From the NCBI GenBank assembly GCA_048882505.1, contig JBHLRO010000007.1, positions 60,001 through 92,000 on the forward strand: a stretch of 32,000 nucleotides of DNA, read 5' to 3'. This document shows positions 1-8,260 of the stretch, piece after piece. Each line of letters opens with the position of its first letter. Position 1 is the first letter of the stretch. This DNA is from Candidatus Thorarchaeota archaeon. GTDB lineage: Archaea; Asgardarchaeota; Heimdallarchaeia; Hodarchaeales; Hodarchaeaceae. The position numbers and the translations under genes are program-made. The notes beneath the pieces are model-generated. The model was not told where the DNA came from and searched no databases. It was given only the letters and a program-made list of their open reading frames with translations.

Positions 1-1101
1 GTCACAGGCGATACAACCACCGCCGGTCATCTCGGTCATGCCGTAAGAGTCCCGAATGAAGGGGACACCGTAAAATTTCAAGCATTTCTCGTACCAGCCA
101 TCAGGCGGTTGATAATTTTTCATGCCACCTCCAGTAACTATCCCAGTTCCAGGGCCGAAGACGTTTTTGGCCCCTTGTTCGATCCCCGCCAAGGCGGTTT
201 CGATAATCGGCTGCCATACGGACATGAATAGCACATCTCGTCCAGCGTACTCGGTAATAAGTTTGTTGATGAACGCCTCCATCATTTTTGGAGCTTGACG
301 TTTCATCTTGATGAGCTCACCCTTGTTATGTGCGAGGGCCTTGATTAACTGGAGCTTTCCCAGTTCACCTTTGGCTTTGGCCGCCCTTACTCTTCCAGCT
401 AGACTCATAAAATCGGCGCTCATGAATCCTTCAAAGGCGGTGTGGAATTCTGCGTCCGAACCCGCGATTTCGGGACCAAAACGGCCTATGACCCGCTGCT
501 GGAGCTGGCGTCCATCCCGATACCCTGGGAAGAAGACAGGCATCTTGACCTTACGGTAGTTGTTACCTGTTATTCCTTCGAGTAACAGGTAGAACCCGTC
601 AGAGTAGGCCGCCATCTCAGACGCGGAACGGGGCAAGAAAGAGAGCTTCCCCGTAGTCCCACTACTGTGAACGATTTCAATGTCGGTAGCATCTTCAATG
701 GCCTGTAACCAGCCATCTATGGTTTTTACTCCCTTCGTATTAACTGTGGAGAGATCGTGGGTAGTTAATTTCTGAAGCCACTCCGTAAGTTTGTCAAAGC
801 GTTTTTTTTCGATGAGGAAAAGCGGGTAACTCTTATAGAGACTATGTTGAAAAAGCAGCGGCCCAGCATCCTCCAAGGTTGCGATTTCTTGGATACCTTG
901 TTCATTGGCCAGCTTTTCGAGGGCCTGGATTCGCGGTCGGAAGTATTCAAAGCGGCGCTTAAGCGCCTCTAATTGGATCTGTTCAACCGTACTAGCATCT
1001 AGATCCAATACCTGGGAGATTGGGAGTTTAGCTAACTCCGCAGGATCTGAAACATATCGTCCCACCTCGTTTTGGACGATTTTTTTGATAATAGATGTCA
1101 T
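1..1101 (-). CDS. LuxE/PaaK-like acyl-adenylate-forming ligase (ANL superfamily); runs off the left edge, 367 codons visible
   Basis: Hand translation from ATG at 1101 (MTSIIKKIVQNEVGRY...) is open to position 1. It contains HSSGTTGKLSFLPR (adenylation P-loop-like motif), GGGMK and YGMTE. The ORF track omits it because no stop lies in the window. Confidence 0.78.
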   Translation of the reverse strand, partial: MTSIIKKIVQNEVGRYVSDPAELAKLPISQVLDLDASTVEQIQLEALKRRFEYFRPRIQALEKLANEQGIQEIATLEDAGPLLFQHSLYKSYPLFLIEKKRFDKLTEWLQKLTTHDLSTVNTKGVKTIDGWLQAIEDATDIEIVHSSGTTGKLSFLPRSASEMAAYSDGFYLLLEGITGNNYRKVKMPVFFPGYRDGRQLQQRVIGRFGPEIAGSDAEFHTAFEGFMSADFMSLAGRVRAAKAKGELGKLQLIKALAHNKGELIKMKRQAPKMMEAFINKLITEYAGRDVLFMSVWQPIIETALAGIEQGAKNVFGPGTGIVTGGGMKNYQPPDGWYEKCLKFYGVPFIRDSYGMTEMTGGGCIACD

Positions 1102-1152
1102 TTCTTTTTCACTGTTTTATTTTTCACCGTATTTCAGGATTTTTCCCACTAG

Positions 1153-1175
1153 AACCCGTTACGGTCCGTAGGGTT
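1153..1175. promoter_or_regulatory. Interrupted palindrome, possible operator or hairpin
   Basis: AACCC-GT-TACGG-T-CCGTA-GGGTT in the divergent intergenic region, about 50 bp upstream of the ligase start. Confidence 0.3.
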
Positions 1176-1465
1176 GACGTGTATCAGAAGAAACACATCG
1201 AATCTCCCACTGAAGTCTAAGGGTGTTTATATACTTGAAGTGGAAAACATGTTGGACCATCAATCGATCTTGAACTGGCTTTCGTTTCAGATGTGATGAA
1301 TACCGAGTGTGTATTGGATCCCTCACAAATAGCCCCATCTGCGCTATGATGACCGATTAAGAAGTTTCGGATAACGATTCATAGATCCATTTTCTCGATG
1401 TCCGATTAAGGCCGCTTTCCGTTTTCCTGTTTGAGTTTGTTGGGAGCTTTTAAAGGGGTATTTAA

Positions 1466-1588
1466 ATGCCCGAAACTCTTTATAAGAGGTCATCCTATTC
1501 ATCCCTTTTCGAGCAGTTTGGAACGCGTAAAGTTTCGAACTGGCAGGAAAGTGATGAAGAATGGGTTCCAACCATACAGATGGGGTAA
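1466..1588 (+). CDS. 40-aa ORF (MPETLYKRSSYSSLFEQFGTRKVSNWQESDEEWVPTIQMG); homologous to the ORF at 4381..4650; may be the frameshifted N-terminus of 1561..2631
   Basis: SD-like GGGGT at 1455-1459, 6 nt before the ATG; shares TRKV and ESDExWVP[TS]I with 4381..4650, mostly via synonymous differences. Confidence 0.5.
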   Translation: MPETLYKRSSYSSLFEQFGTRKVSNWQESDEEWVPTIQMG

Positions 1589-2631
1589 TAGCCCCGTCTC
1601 CTCAATTCGCGGGCCTAGTTGCCCCACCAGATGACTATGATACACGGCGAGGCCATCCTGATCGTCAACGGATCTGGATCAATGGAACTCGTGCCGGTAT
1701 CAGCGAATGGGCCTGTTATGGGCCCAATTTTCGGCGTCTTGCACGTCTTCACAACCGGATTCGCGGTCAGGAGACGGAATACGCGGCAAATAGCCGTATG
1801 GCCTCGTATTTGAAAACCGTAAATCGGTTATCGGAGTTTTTTTCATATCCGATGATGGTCGAATGCGCAATTAGCCTTTCTCGGGTCCCAGATTTGTTTT
1901 ATTCTTCTGAACGGAATAGGTATGTGGGTATAATTGCCATGATAGAATTGCAGCGCAGTCTCCATGATGCAATCTTGACGGACAGTGAATTAGAACGAAT
2001 CAACGACTCTCTCCAGTTCTCAGAAATGATTACCAGGATAGATCTAAATCGGGAAAGACGCAAAATCTTGTGGAAATCACCAACGCTACGGAAACAATGG
2101 AAGGAAATTCGGACACGGACTCATGACCAAGCTCTTCAGCATGCGGTTCACCAAAGTTTCGAGCAGGATTTGAACCTAAATGTATTATCGAGGACACAGG
2201 TTAAACGAATCTGGCGTGTAATTGTCTCTGTAACGAAAAGGTTCCTTAAAACTGATGAAGGTCGTCGAATAAACGCTTATCAATCGTGGGCACGAGCAAT
2301 AGTCTACCACACTCTCAAGGAGTTTTCCAACTTAGATATAAAGTCAATATTCTGCGTAACAAAGTTAAATGTGATCTGTACCACCCGAACCAGACTTAAT
2401 AAGGCACTTAATAGGTTTAAGTCTGAGACTGGCTCCCTGGAATTGACTGTTCCTAAACCACCTGAATCAGCTATAAGCACAAGAGCAAAGATAAGGAAAA
2501 TTCCTCAGGAGTTCAATGGCTTTAGGATAGGGACGCAGAAAGAAGTAAATGATACTGAGGATAATCTTCTCTACCCTGGCCGGCGGGCGTGGATGCATCT
2601 TACCCCTGAAACTGGGTTGGCAGCTGGATGA
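1561..2631 (+). CDS. Divergent TFB/TFIIB-like protein (two cyclin-fold repeats), no Zn ribbon visible
   Basis: RRLARLHNRIR resembles the B-linker. RMASYLKTVNRLSEFFSYP, ITRIDLNRERRKI, GRRINAYQSWARAIVY and TTRTRLNKAL resemble TFB core helices as recalled from memory. The CDS is solid; the family call is tentative. Confidence 0.55.
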   Translation: MGSNHTDGVIAPSPQFAGLVAPPDDYDTRRGHPDRQRIWINGTRAGISEWACYGPNFRRLARLHNRIRGQETEYAANSRMASYLKTVNRLSEFFSYPMMVECAISLSRVPDLFYSSERNRYVGIIAMIELQRSLHDAILTDSELERINDSLQFSEMITRIDLNRERRKILWKSPTLRKQWKEIRTRTHDQALQHAVHQSFEQDLNLNVLSRTQVKRIWRVIVSVTKRFLKTDEGRRINAYQSWARAIVYHTLKEFSNLDIKSIFCVTKLNVICTTRTRLNKALNRFKSETGSLELTVPKPPESAISTRAKIRKIPQEFNGFRIGTQKEVNDTEDNLLYPGRRAWMHLTPETGLAAG

Positions 2632-3308
2632 CAACGGGTATGGATGATCTCCACCTTGAGGTACCTGGGCGAATCACTTCAAGTTCTGGTTTTCTGTCCC
2701 CTCATCTGGTATCCGTAAACGTCTATCGATTTGGGGAACGCGGTCCAGAACCTGTTATCGTATCAGATGTCCCGTTTCTATCAGAAGATCCCGAGAATGA
2801 TATAAAATTTCATTTTCAGGTTGCTGCCAGATATATGACAGCTTTGGGCCACTGTGGTGCATTAGGCGGCAGCTCAATCTATCGGTTACCCGTTCCTGGC
2901 CATCCATACTTCGGCCTTGTGTATCCATTTAGAATTACGGATCCTGATTGTGATCCCCGGTACGCAGGAACGAACTACAGCATCCTCGTGATATTTGTCC
3001 CAAATTCATTTGAAATGGCAATCCCGCCATCCTATTTTCTTATCCGTGGAATGAAGGATATTCTTCAAAATTATTCTAAGCTTCTCGAGATTACCACGGA
3101 TGTTGTGAGCGAAATTCATGCCACAGTATATGGCTTAATGGAGAAATATTATTCAGTAATGATCCAGGATTTGATTTGGCAAAAGATCCGTTTTTCTCCC
3201 CTTCAGAACTCTCGGATGAATAAATCCCAAAGAATACGTCTGGATAACACACAGGCCCTAATGTATGCCATAGAATTATACGAAAGAGGCCAGATAAAGA
3301 CTCAGTGA
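2628..3308 (+). CDS. uDENN/longin-like domain protein (Asgard type)
   Basis: VNVYRFGERGPEP matches the F-x-x-x-GP first-strand motif of uDENN/longin folds, followed by YMTALG, LPVP and D..DPR..NYSILVIFVP; ATGA overlap with the upstream gene. Confidence 0.55.
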   Translation: MTTGMDDLHLEVPGRITSSSGFLSPHLVSVNVYRFGERGPEPVIVSDVPFLSEDPENDIKFHFQVAARYMTALGHCGALGGSSIYRLPVPGHPYFGLVYPFRITDPDCDPRYAGTNYSILVIFVPNSFEMAIPPSYFLIRGMKDILQNYSKLLEITTDVVSEIHATVYGLMEKYYSVMIQDLIWQKIRFSPLQNSRMNKSQRIRLDNTQALMYAIELYERGQIKTQ

Positions 3309-3482
3309 TCCCTGCTCAGCATTAGATCTGGTTAGCCAATTCTAAGGTCGGTTATCTCTTTGATTGTTGTTTGAATGTCATGATTGCAGCAGGGCAAATC
3401 TAAGGATCGTTAGGCGAAACTGATACAACCATCTATTGATCTGAGAGCATCCTTTGCTACTTTTTACTTCTTTTATTCAATT

Positions 3483-4337
3483 CTAATCAAAATAGGCGAC
3501 AGCTCTTACCCACGCTGCACTCGCTTTTGCTATTTTAATGGGAAAGCAACATATTGTTGCTCCGACAGGAGGTACTTGCTCCAAGTTCGTTAATTTCTCC
3601 ATCTGAAAATATCCCCGTTTGATTCCGGCGAAATGGCCTTCCCAAATTATCGACGGGTCACGAATGTCTTCTTTAAGACCCTTTTGCCATTTTTCTGAGG
3701 TAAGGGCGAACGGTGCATCCCAGGACCAAGCATCGGTTCCCACGATCTTTATCCCTTGTCTTAGTATATGCAAGGTACCTTCTAATCCTACTCCGACCCC
3801 GTGATTTATGTACTCATCCGTTCCAATATAATTGGGAGCGTTTGTATGAATAGAAAGAACATCCCCATGATTTAGGGTATAATTTAATTCAGCCAGCTTT
3901 TGATCAATATCTTCTGGTTGCATGATATATCCGTCCTCCAGATCTGTACAATCTAGGATCACCAGCGGGGCCATACACCATTCTAAAGGAATTTCGTCAA
4001 TGGTCATTGCTGGTTTTTCCGCTATTTCCTTGTCCATTACTGGGGCATAGTGCCACGGAGCATCCATATGAGTACCATTATGCGTGGATAATCGCACATT
4101 TTCGGTTGCCCAACCCTTACCAAGAGGTAGCTCTTTCTCTGGGATCAAATCAGGAAAGAAAAAGCCCATCTCCAAGGCCCCGCGCTCATGATCATTATAT
4201 TCAATCTCAGGATACATAAGTGGAGGGTCACAGGGCCAATTATTCTTAATTGGAATGGATAAATCAACAAATTTCATAATCTTCACCAGAGTTTCTTTAT
4301 TTGATTGAGTGATATTAGCGGGGACAAGTAGGTCCAT
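3483..4337 (-). CDS. Cyclase family metal-dependent hydrolase (kynurenine formamidase-like fold)
   Basis: HNGTHMDAPWH (HxGTHxDxPxH), GTDAWSWD, EKLTNL and VRAVA family motifs. Confidence 0.92.
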   Translation of the reverse strand: MDLLVPANITQSNKETLVKIMKFVDLSIPIKNNWPCDPPLMYPEIEYNDHERGALEMGFFFPDLIPEKELPLGKGWATENVRLSTHNGTHMDAPWHYAPVMDKEIAEKPAMTIDEIPLEWCMAPLVILDCTDLEDGYIMQPEDIDQKLAELNYTLNHGDVLSIHTNAPNYIGTDEYINHGVGVGLEGTLHILRQGIKIVGTDAWSWDAPFALTSEKWQKGLKEDIRDPSIIWEGHFAGIKRGYFQMEKLTNLEQVPPVGATICCFPIKIAKASAAWVRAVAYFD

Positions 4338-4380
4338 TTAAGAGGTACGGTTCTGTCTGTATTTTTACCCCATAAGCGTT

Positions 4381-4650
4381 TCAGTGTCTATTTTGCCAAT
4401 CCCCTTTTCGAGACCGCGATTCATACTTCTGGTCGTTTCCTTTTGTATAATCTTTGAAAAACTTGGAAGCCTTTATAAGGTTGATGAGAACGGGAAGAAT
4501 GGGTGACACTCGCGAGTATTTTGTGAAGAGGATGCTTGGAACCCATCCCTCGTCACTTTCCAAACTCGTCACCCACCTCACTTTTCGTGTAAACTTTCTA
4601 CAAAATACCCAGGTGGCCCTTTTACCGAATGAATACTCCTTTTCAGACAT
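4381..4650 (-). CDS. 89-aa hypothetical protein, N-terminal half homologous to ORF 1466..1588
   Basis: ATG start; TATA-like TTTAAATA 28-35 nt upstream (4678-4685); stop 43 bp before the co-oriented cyclase gene; shared ESDEGWVPSI motif. Confidence 0.55.
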   Translation of the reverse strand: MSEKEYSFGKRATWVFCRKFTRKVRWVTSLESDEGWVPSILFTKYSRVSPILPVLINLIKASKFFKDYTKGNDQKYESRSRKGDWQNRH

Positions 4651-4804
4651 AAAAACTTCGGTAGATTATACTGTTTTTATTTAAATGGCAATGAATGAAG
4701 GATTTGCCATGATTTCAGCTAAATTTCGAAGAAATTTCGGTTTTACCAGGATGCCAGTAACCTCGAGGATATAATTTATCTAGAAAAATGCTTTGGCGAT
4801 TTAA

Positions 4805-5845
4805 ATGAACGTCGTGGTCAGCATATTTGATCCAAAATCCACTGATACAGATCTATGGGACTTGATATTGGATTTTTTTGAGAAGTTTTGGCTGGAATTG
4901 AATCCTGATGACCCGCTGCCGGCAAGAGAGGTCGTGAAAAAAGAATTTTATCTGCCCAACCCCGATCTACGACATTCAAGATGGATAGTGTTTATGCCAG
5001 ACAGAACTCAAGTTATTGGCTACGGAAGAGTTTCCGTCTATAAAGAATCGTCCCCTGCATACGAAGAGAACAAACATGTGGCATTTGGAGCTCTGTTTAT
5101 CGATGCCCAGCATCGCCGCAATAAAATTGGAACTCAATTACTGGATACTCTTGTTCCCGCAGTGATGAAAGAGTTCAAAACGGTCTTTCAGGTTACCGCC
5201 CTTAACCCGGGGGGCATTGCTTTTTGTGAAGCATTTGGAGGACTTTCTGCGCTCACAGAGGAAGAAAGCCGCCTCAAAATCGAGGAAGTCGATTGGGAAA
5301 TGATCAGAAAATGGCGTGAGGAAGGACCACGACGTGCACCGGGCGTTACTATTGAAAAATTCGAAACTGTAGATGAAACGGATATTGTAAATTATTGTAA
5401 CCTCTATACCGAAGTATTAAATCAAGTTCCGAAAGGCGAAACAGAATGGGAGGACAAAGAAACTCCAAAAACGCGACGAGAACGCGAAGACAGGGAAAAA
5501 CAATTAGGCACTATTTGGACAACGATGATTACTAGAGAGAAAGACGGCGCTATCAGTGGATTAACAGAAACAACATTCAGATCTGATCGTTCGTCTTTAC
5601 TGTATCAAGGTCTTACGGGCGTCCGTGAAAAATATAGAGGTAGAGGTTTAGGAAAATGGCTAAAAGCCGAAATGTTGACTTTCACCAAAAACAACCTCCC
5701 TTCAGTACGTTCTGTCGCCACTGACTTTGCAGTGACTAATGATCCGATGATATCGATTAATAGAAGGCTTGGTTTTAGGTTTTATAAGAAACACGTGGAG
5801 TATAAATTCAATATAAATGATTTGCTTAATAAAATGAAGAGATAA
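4805..5845 (+). CDS. Tandem-domain GNAT N-acetyltransferase
   Basis: Two acetyl-CoA-binding motifs (FIDAQHRRNKIGTQLL; TGVREKYRGRGLGKWLK) and the C-terminal NDPMISINRRLGF. Confidence 0.9.
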   Translation: MNVVVSIFDPKSTDTDLWDLILDFFEKFWLELNPDDPLPAREVVKKEFYLPNPDLRHSRWIVFMPDRTQVIGYGRVSVYKESSPAYEENKHVAFGALFIDAQHRRNKIGTQLLDTLVPAVMKEFKTVFQVTALNPGGIAFCEAFGGLSALTEEESRLKIEEVDWEMIRKWREEGPRRAPGVTIEKFETVDETDIVNYCNLYTEVLNQVPKGETEWEDKETPKTRREREDREKQLGTIWTTMITREKDGAISGLTETTFRSDRSSLLYQGLTGVREKYRGRGLGKWLKAEMLTFTKNNLPSVRSVATDFAVTNDPMISINRRLGFRFYKKHVEYKFNINDLLNKMKR

Positions 5846-5890
5846 AGCCACAGGAAATTGGAAAAACGGTTACGATTTGAATCTCTAGAT

Positions 5891-8107
5891 TCAAACAAAA
5901 ACCTGTTCCAGTACGTTATCAAGCGCTTCTTTCACAAGGTGAGTGCGCCCTTTGGCCTTTATATTGACCAAGGCATTCCATAATTCGTCAGAAGCTTGAA
6001 TATTATCAATGAATTTCTCGAGCTTTTGGAGAGCGGAGTAGGATTGCCCCTGGAATGCATAGCAAAAAAGAAAGGGTTCAATAGTCTTTAGGAGGAGGGT
6101 ATTCTCCCTATGTTTAATTCGTTCAATGGAACCGGAAACCGAAAAAGCTTCTTGCATAAAGGCATTAATGGCATTGAGAAAACCTGCAATTAATTGTTCT
6201 TTCAAGGGCTCCGTTCCAAAGTTCTTTGAAAAAATACTAATCCCTCCTTCGTCCAATATTAGCAGCATTAATGGTTGTTCTTCGGGTAGTTCGTCGTCAC
6301 TCATTACTTTTTTCTGGAGTAGGGCACTCATCATTTTTTCTAGTTCAGCTAGCTCGTATCGTTCGCTAATCGAAGCTTGGCGATCAACGTAATCATCCCA
6401 TTTAGATAACTGAGTTAAAAGAGTATCGTACTCATTGGAGATACTAATGGCCAATTTTTGTAATCCTTTGGTTTCTGCGATTAATTGGGCTTGAGTTAGC
6501 AATTGTTGACATTTTTTTACATCTAATTCTAACAACGCCAGTTTTGCCTGGAGGCGATAGGTTTCAGCCAACTTCGAAAAAGAACTTTGTGACTTGGCAA
6601 TTTCTAGGAGATTCTCGGACAACTGTTTCACTTCGTTAAGGACATCTGTTCTCCCTGTCGTCCGTAATTCATTAAGAAGTAATTCAAAGAGATTAAGCAT
6701 CGCCTCGAAGGTTAGATGGTGATTTAAAACTTCTTCATTGGAGATGTCCTGAAAAATCTCCTGGGCCTTGGCTTGACTAGTAACCCTCGTACTCATTTTT
6801 AGAACCAGGGCTCGAGCCAGACGAAAATGTTGGTTTATTAACTTATTTCCTGCTTTATCGTTAATTTCCTGCAATTTTTGAAGATATAAACGAGCCTGTT
6901 CCTCGTTTTCAGCATGTACACTCGATCTCACAAGATTGTAAAGAGTCTCACACGTATCAGTGTCATTGCCGATCTCCTCACTCAAAAGAAAGCTTTGCAT
7001 GTAATATGACGAGGATTCGACATAATCTCCTCGCATTTCAAGAAGAGCGCCTATATTGTTGTAACTTTCGGCAATTTCTTGCTTGTTCCCTAGTTCTTCT
7101 CTTTTCTCCAAACTTTTCTTGTAATGCTTCAATGCTTGATCTAATTCCCCTTTTACCTGAAAAACTATTCCAACATTGTTTAAGCAAGTAGCTACGTTGT
7201 GGGCATTGTTTAATTCTTCAAAAATTGGAAGACTAGTTTGATAGTAGTTCAGAGCGCTATCTAGATCTCCTTTTTTTTGTTGGATCAGACCGATGTTCAT
7301 GGAAATAGCGGCCACATAGGACTTAATACCGAGTTTTTCACTCATCCGCAAACTTCGTTCGTAATTCTCAATAGCTTGATCTAATTCCCCCTTCATCGAT
7401 AAACATAAGCCCATGTTGTTCAGGATTTTAATACTAGACTTTAGGTTGCCAATTTCTTCGAATAATTCCAGGCTTGATCCAAAGTGTTCCAACGCAAGAT
7501 CAAAATCCCCTTTTTGTGCATAAATAATGCCAAGAACATTCAAAGGTTCAGCCGTATCTAGTACACCATTTAAACTTCGCTGAAGAGATAAAGATTCTTG
7601 TACATTCTCAAGCGCCGAGTTTAAGTCCCCCTTTTTTTGATATAATTTACCTTTCAGGTACTTTAAAGCTGACTTTCTCTCGAGAAAATCTGCTTTTCGT
7701 GCCTTTTTTACTAAGGTTAGCATTGTTTCTCCCCTCTCGATCGCCTTTCCGCTCTTGATCAAATCACCAAGTTCGATCAATCCAATGGTTTTAGAAATAA
7801 GAGAATCAAACGTCAATAAAGGATTTTCTAATCCCCTACACCTGACGATAAGCTTTTCAGCTAGTTCGAGTCCTTCGCTCGGACTCCCTTTCCAGGATAG
7901 AATTCGGCTCTTTAAAATTAGGCCTTGAACCAAGTCAACTTCCGCCAGATCTTCAGATTTTTCCAATTTCTCTAGCTCTCGAAGACCTTCGTCAAAGCTT
8001 CCTTTATGAGAAAGAAGCTTAATTTTTTCGAGTTCTGTCGGAGGAACTAGAGAAAATGGACGTCTAAGCTTGTGCAGGATAAATTGATAAAGAGACTGAA
8101 ATGGCAA
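5891..8107 (-). CDS. TPR-repeat protein (40-aa repeats) with C-terminal longin-like domain
   Basis: At least 6 repeats of LNNxGxxxxxKGxLDxALxxYxxSL at 40-aa spacing; C-terminal LLILDEGGISIFSKNF...LIAGFLNAINAFMQEAF...IERIKHRENTLLL resembles a longin fold. Confidence 0.85.
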   Translation of the reverse strand: MPFQSLYQFILHKLRRPFSLVPPTELEKIKLLSHKGSFDEGLRELEKLEKSEDLAEVDLVQGLILKSRILSWKGSPSEGLELAEKLIVRCRGLENPLLTFDSLISKTIGLIELGDLIKSGKAIERGETMLTLVKKARKADFLERKSALKYLKGKLYQKKGDLNSALENVQESLSLQRSLNGVLDTAEPLNVLGIIYAQKGDFDLALEHFGSSLELFEEIGNLKSSIKILNNMGLCLSMKGELDQAIENYERSLRMSEKLGIKSYVAAISMNIGLIQQKKGDLDSALNYYQTSLPIFEELNNAHNVATCLNNVGIVFQVKGELDQALKHYKKSLEKREELGNKQEIAESYNNIGALLEMRGDYVESSSYYMQSFLLSEEIGNDTDTCETLYNLVRSSVHAENEEQARLYLQKLQEINDKAGNKLINQHFRLARALVLKMSTRVTSQAKAQEIFQDISNEEVLNHHLTFEAMLNLFELLLNELRTTGRTDVLNEVKQLSENLLEIAKSQSSFSKLAETYRLQAKLALLELDVKKCQQLLTQAQLIAETKGLQKLAISISNEYDTLLTQLSKWDDYVDRQASISERYELAELEKMMSALLQKKVMSDDELPEEQPLMLLILDEGGISIFSKNFGTEPLKEQLIAGFLNAINAFMQEAFSVSGSIERIKHRENTLLLKTIEPFLFCYAFQGQSYSALQKLEKFIDNIQASDELWNALVNIKAKGRTHLVKEALDNVLEQVFV

Positions 8108-8260
8108 GGGAAAATCCCCGCTGTTCTCGCTTCAGCTATGACTTAGGTGTTTAGCCAAACTAAATATTTTCTGCTTTATAGCAATTCATAAAGTTATATT
8201 GAACCAAGTTCAAAATTAATTCAAAAAGCGTTTCATTGGGGTATTCTCATGGCCCGTTGG

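Noticed and set aside
308-1171. Short ORFs 308..559, 765..950 and 905..1171
   Set aside because: They overlap the better-supported minus-strand ligase CDS
1547-4560. ESDExW motif as an IS1-type catalytic motif, or the two copies as terminal inverted repeats of a transposon
   Set aside because: No transposase body, no target-site duplication seen, and the similarity is codon-structured rather than perfect at DNA level
4454-4684. Plus-strand 76-aa ORF
   Set aside because: Antisense to 4381..4650, whose frame is favoured by the synonymous-change pattern and promoter position
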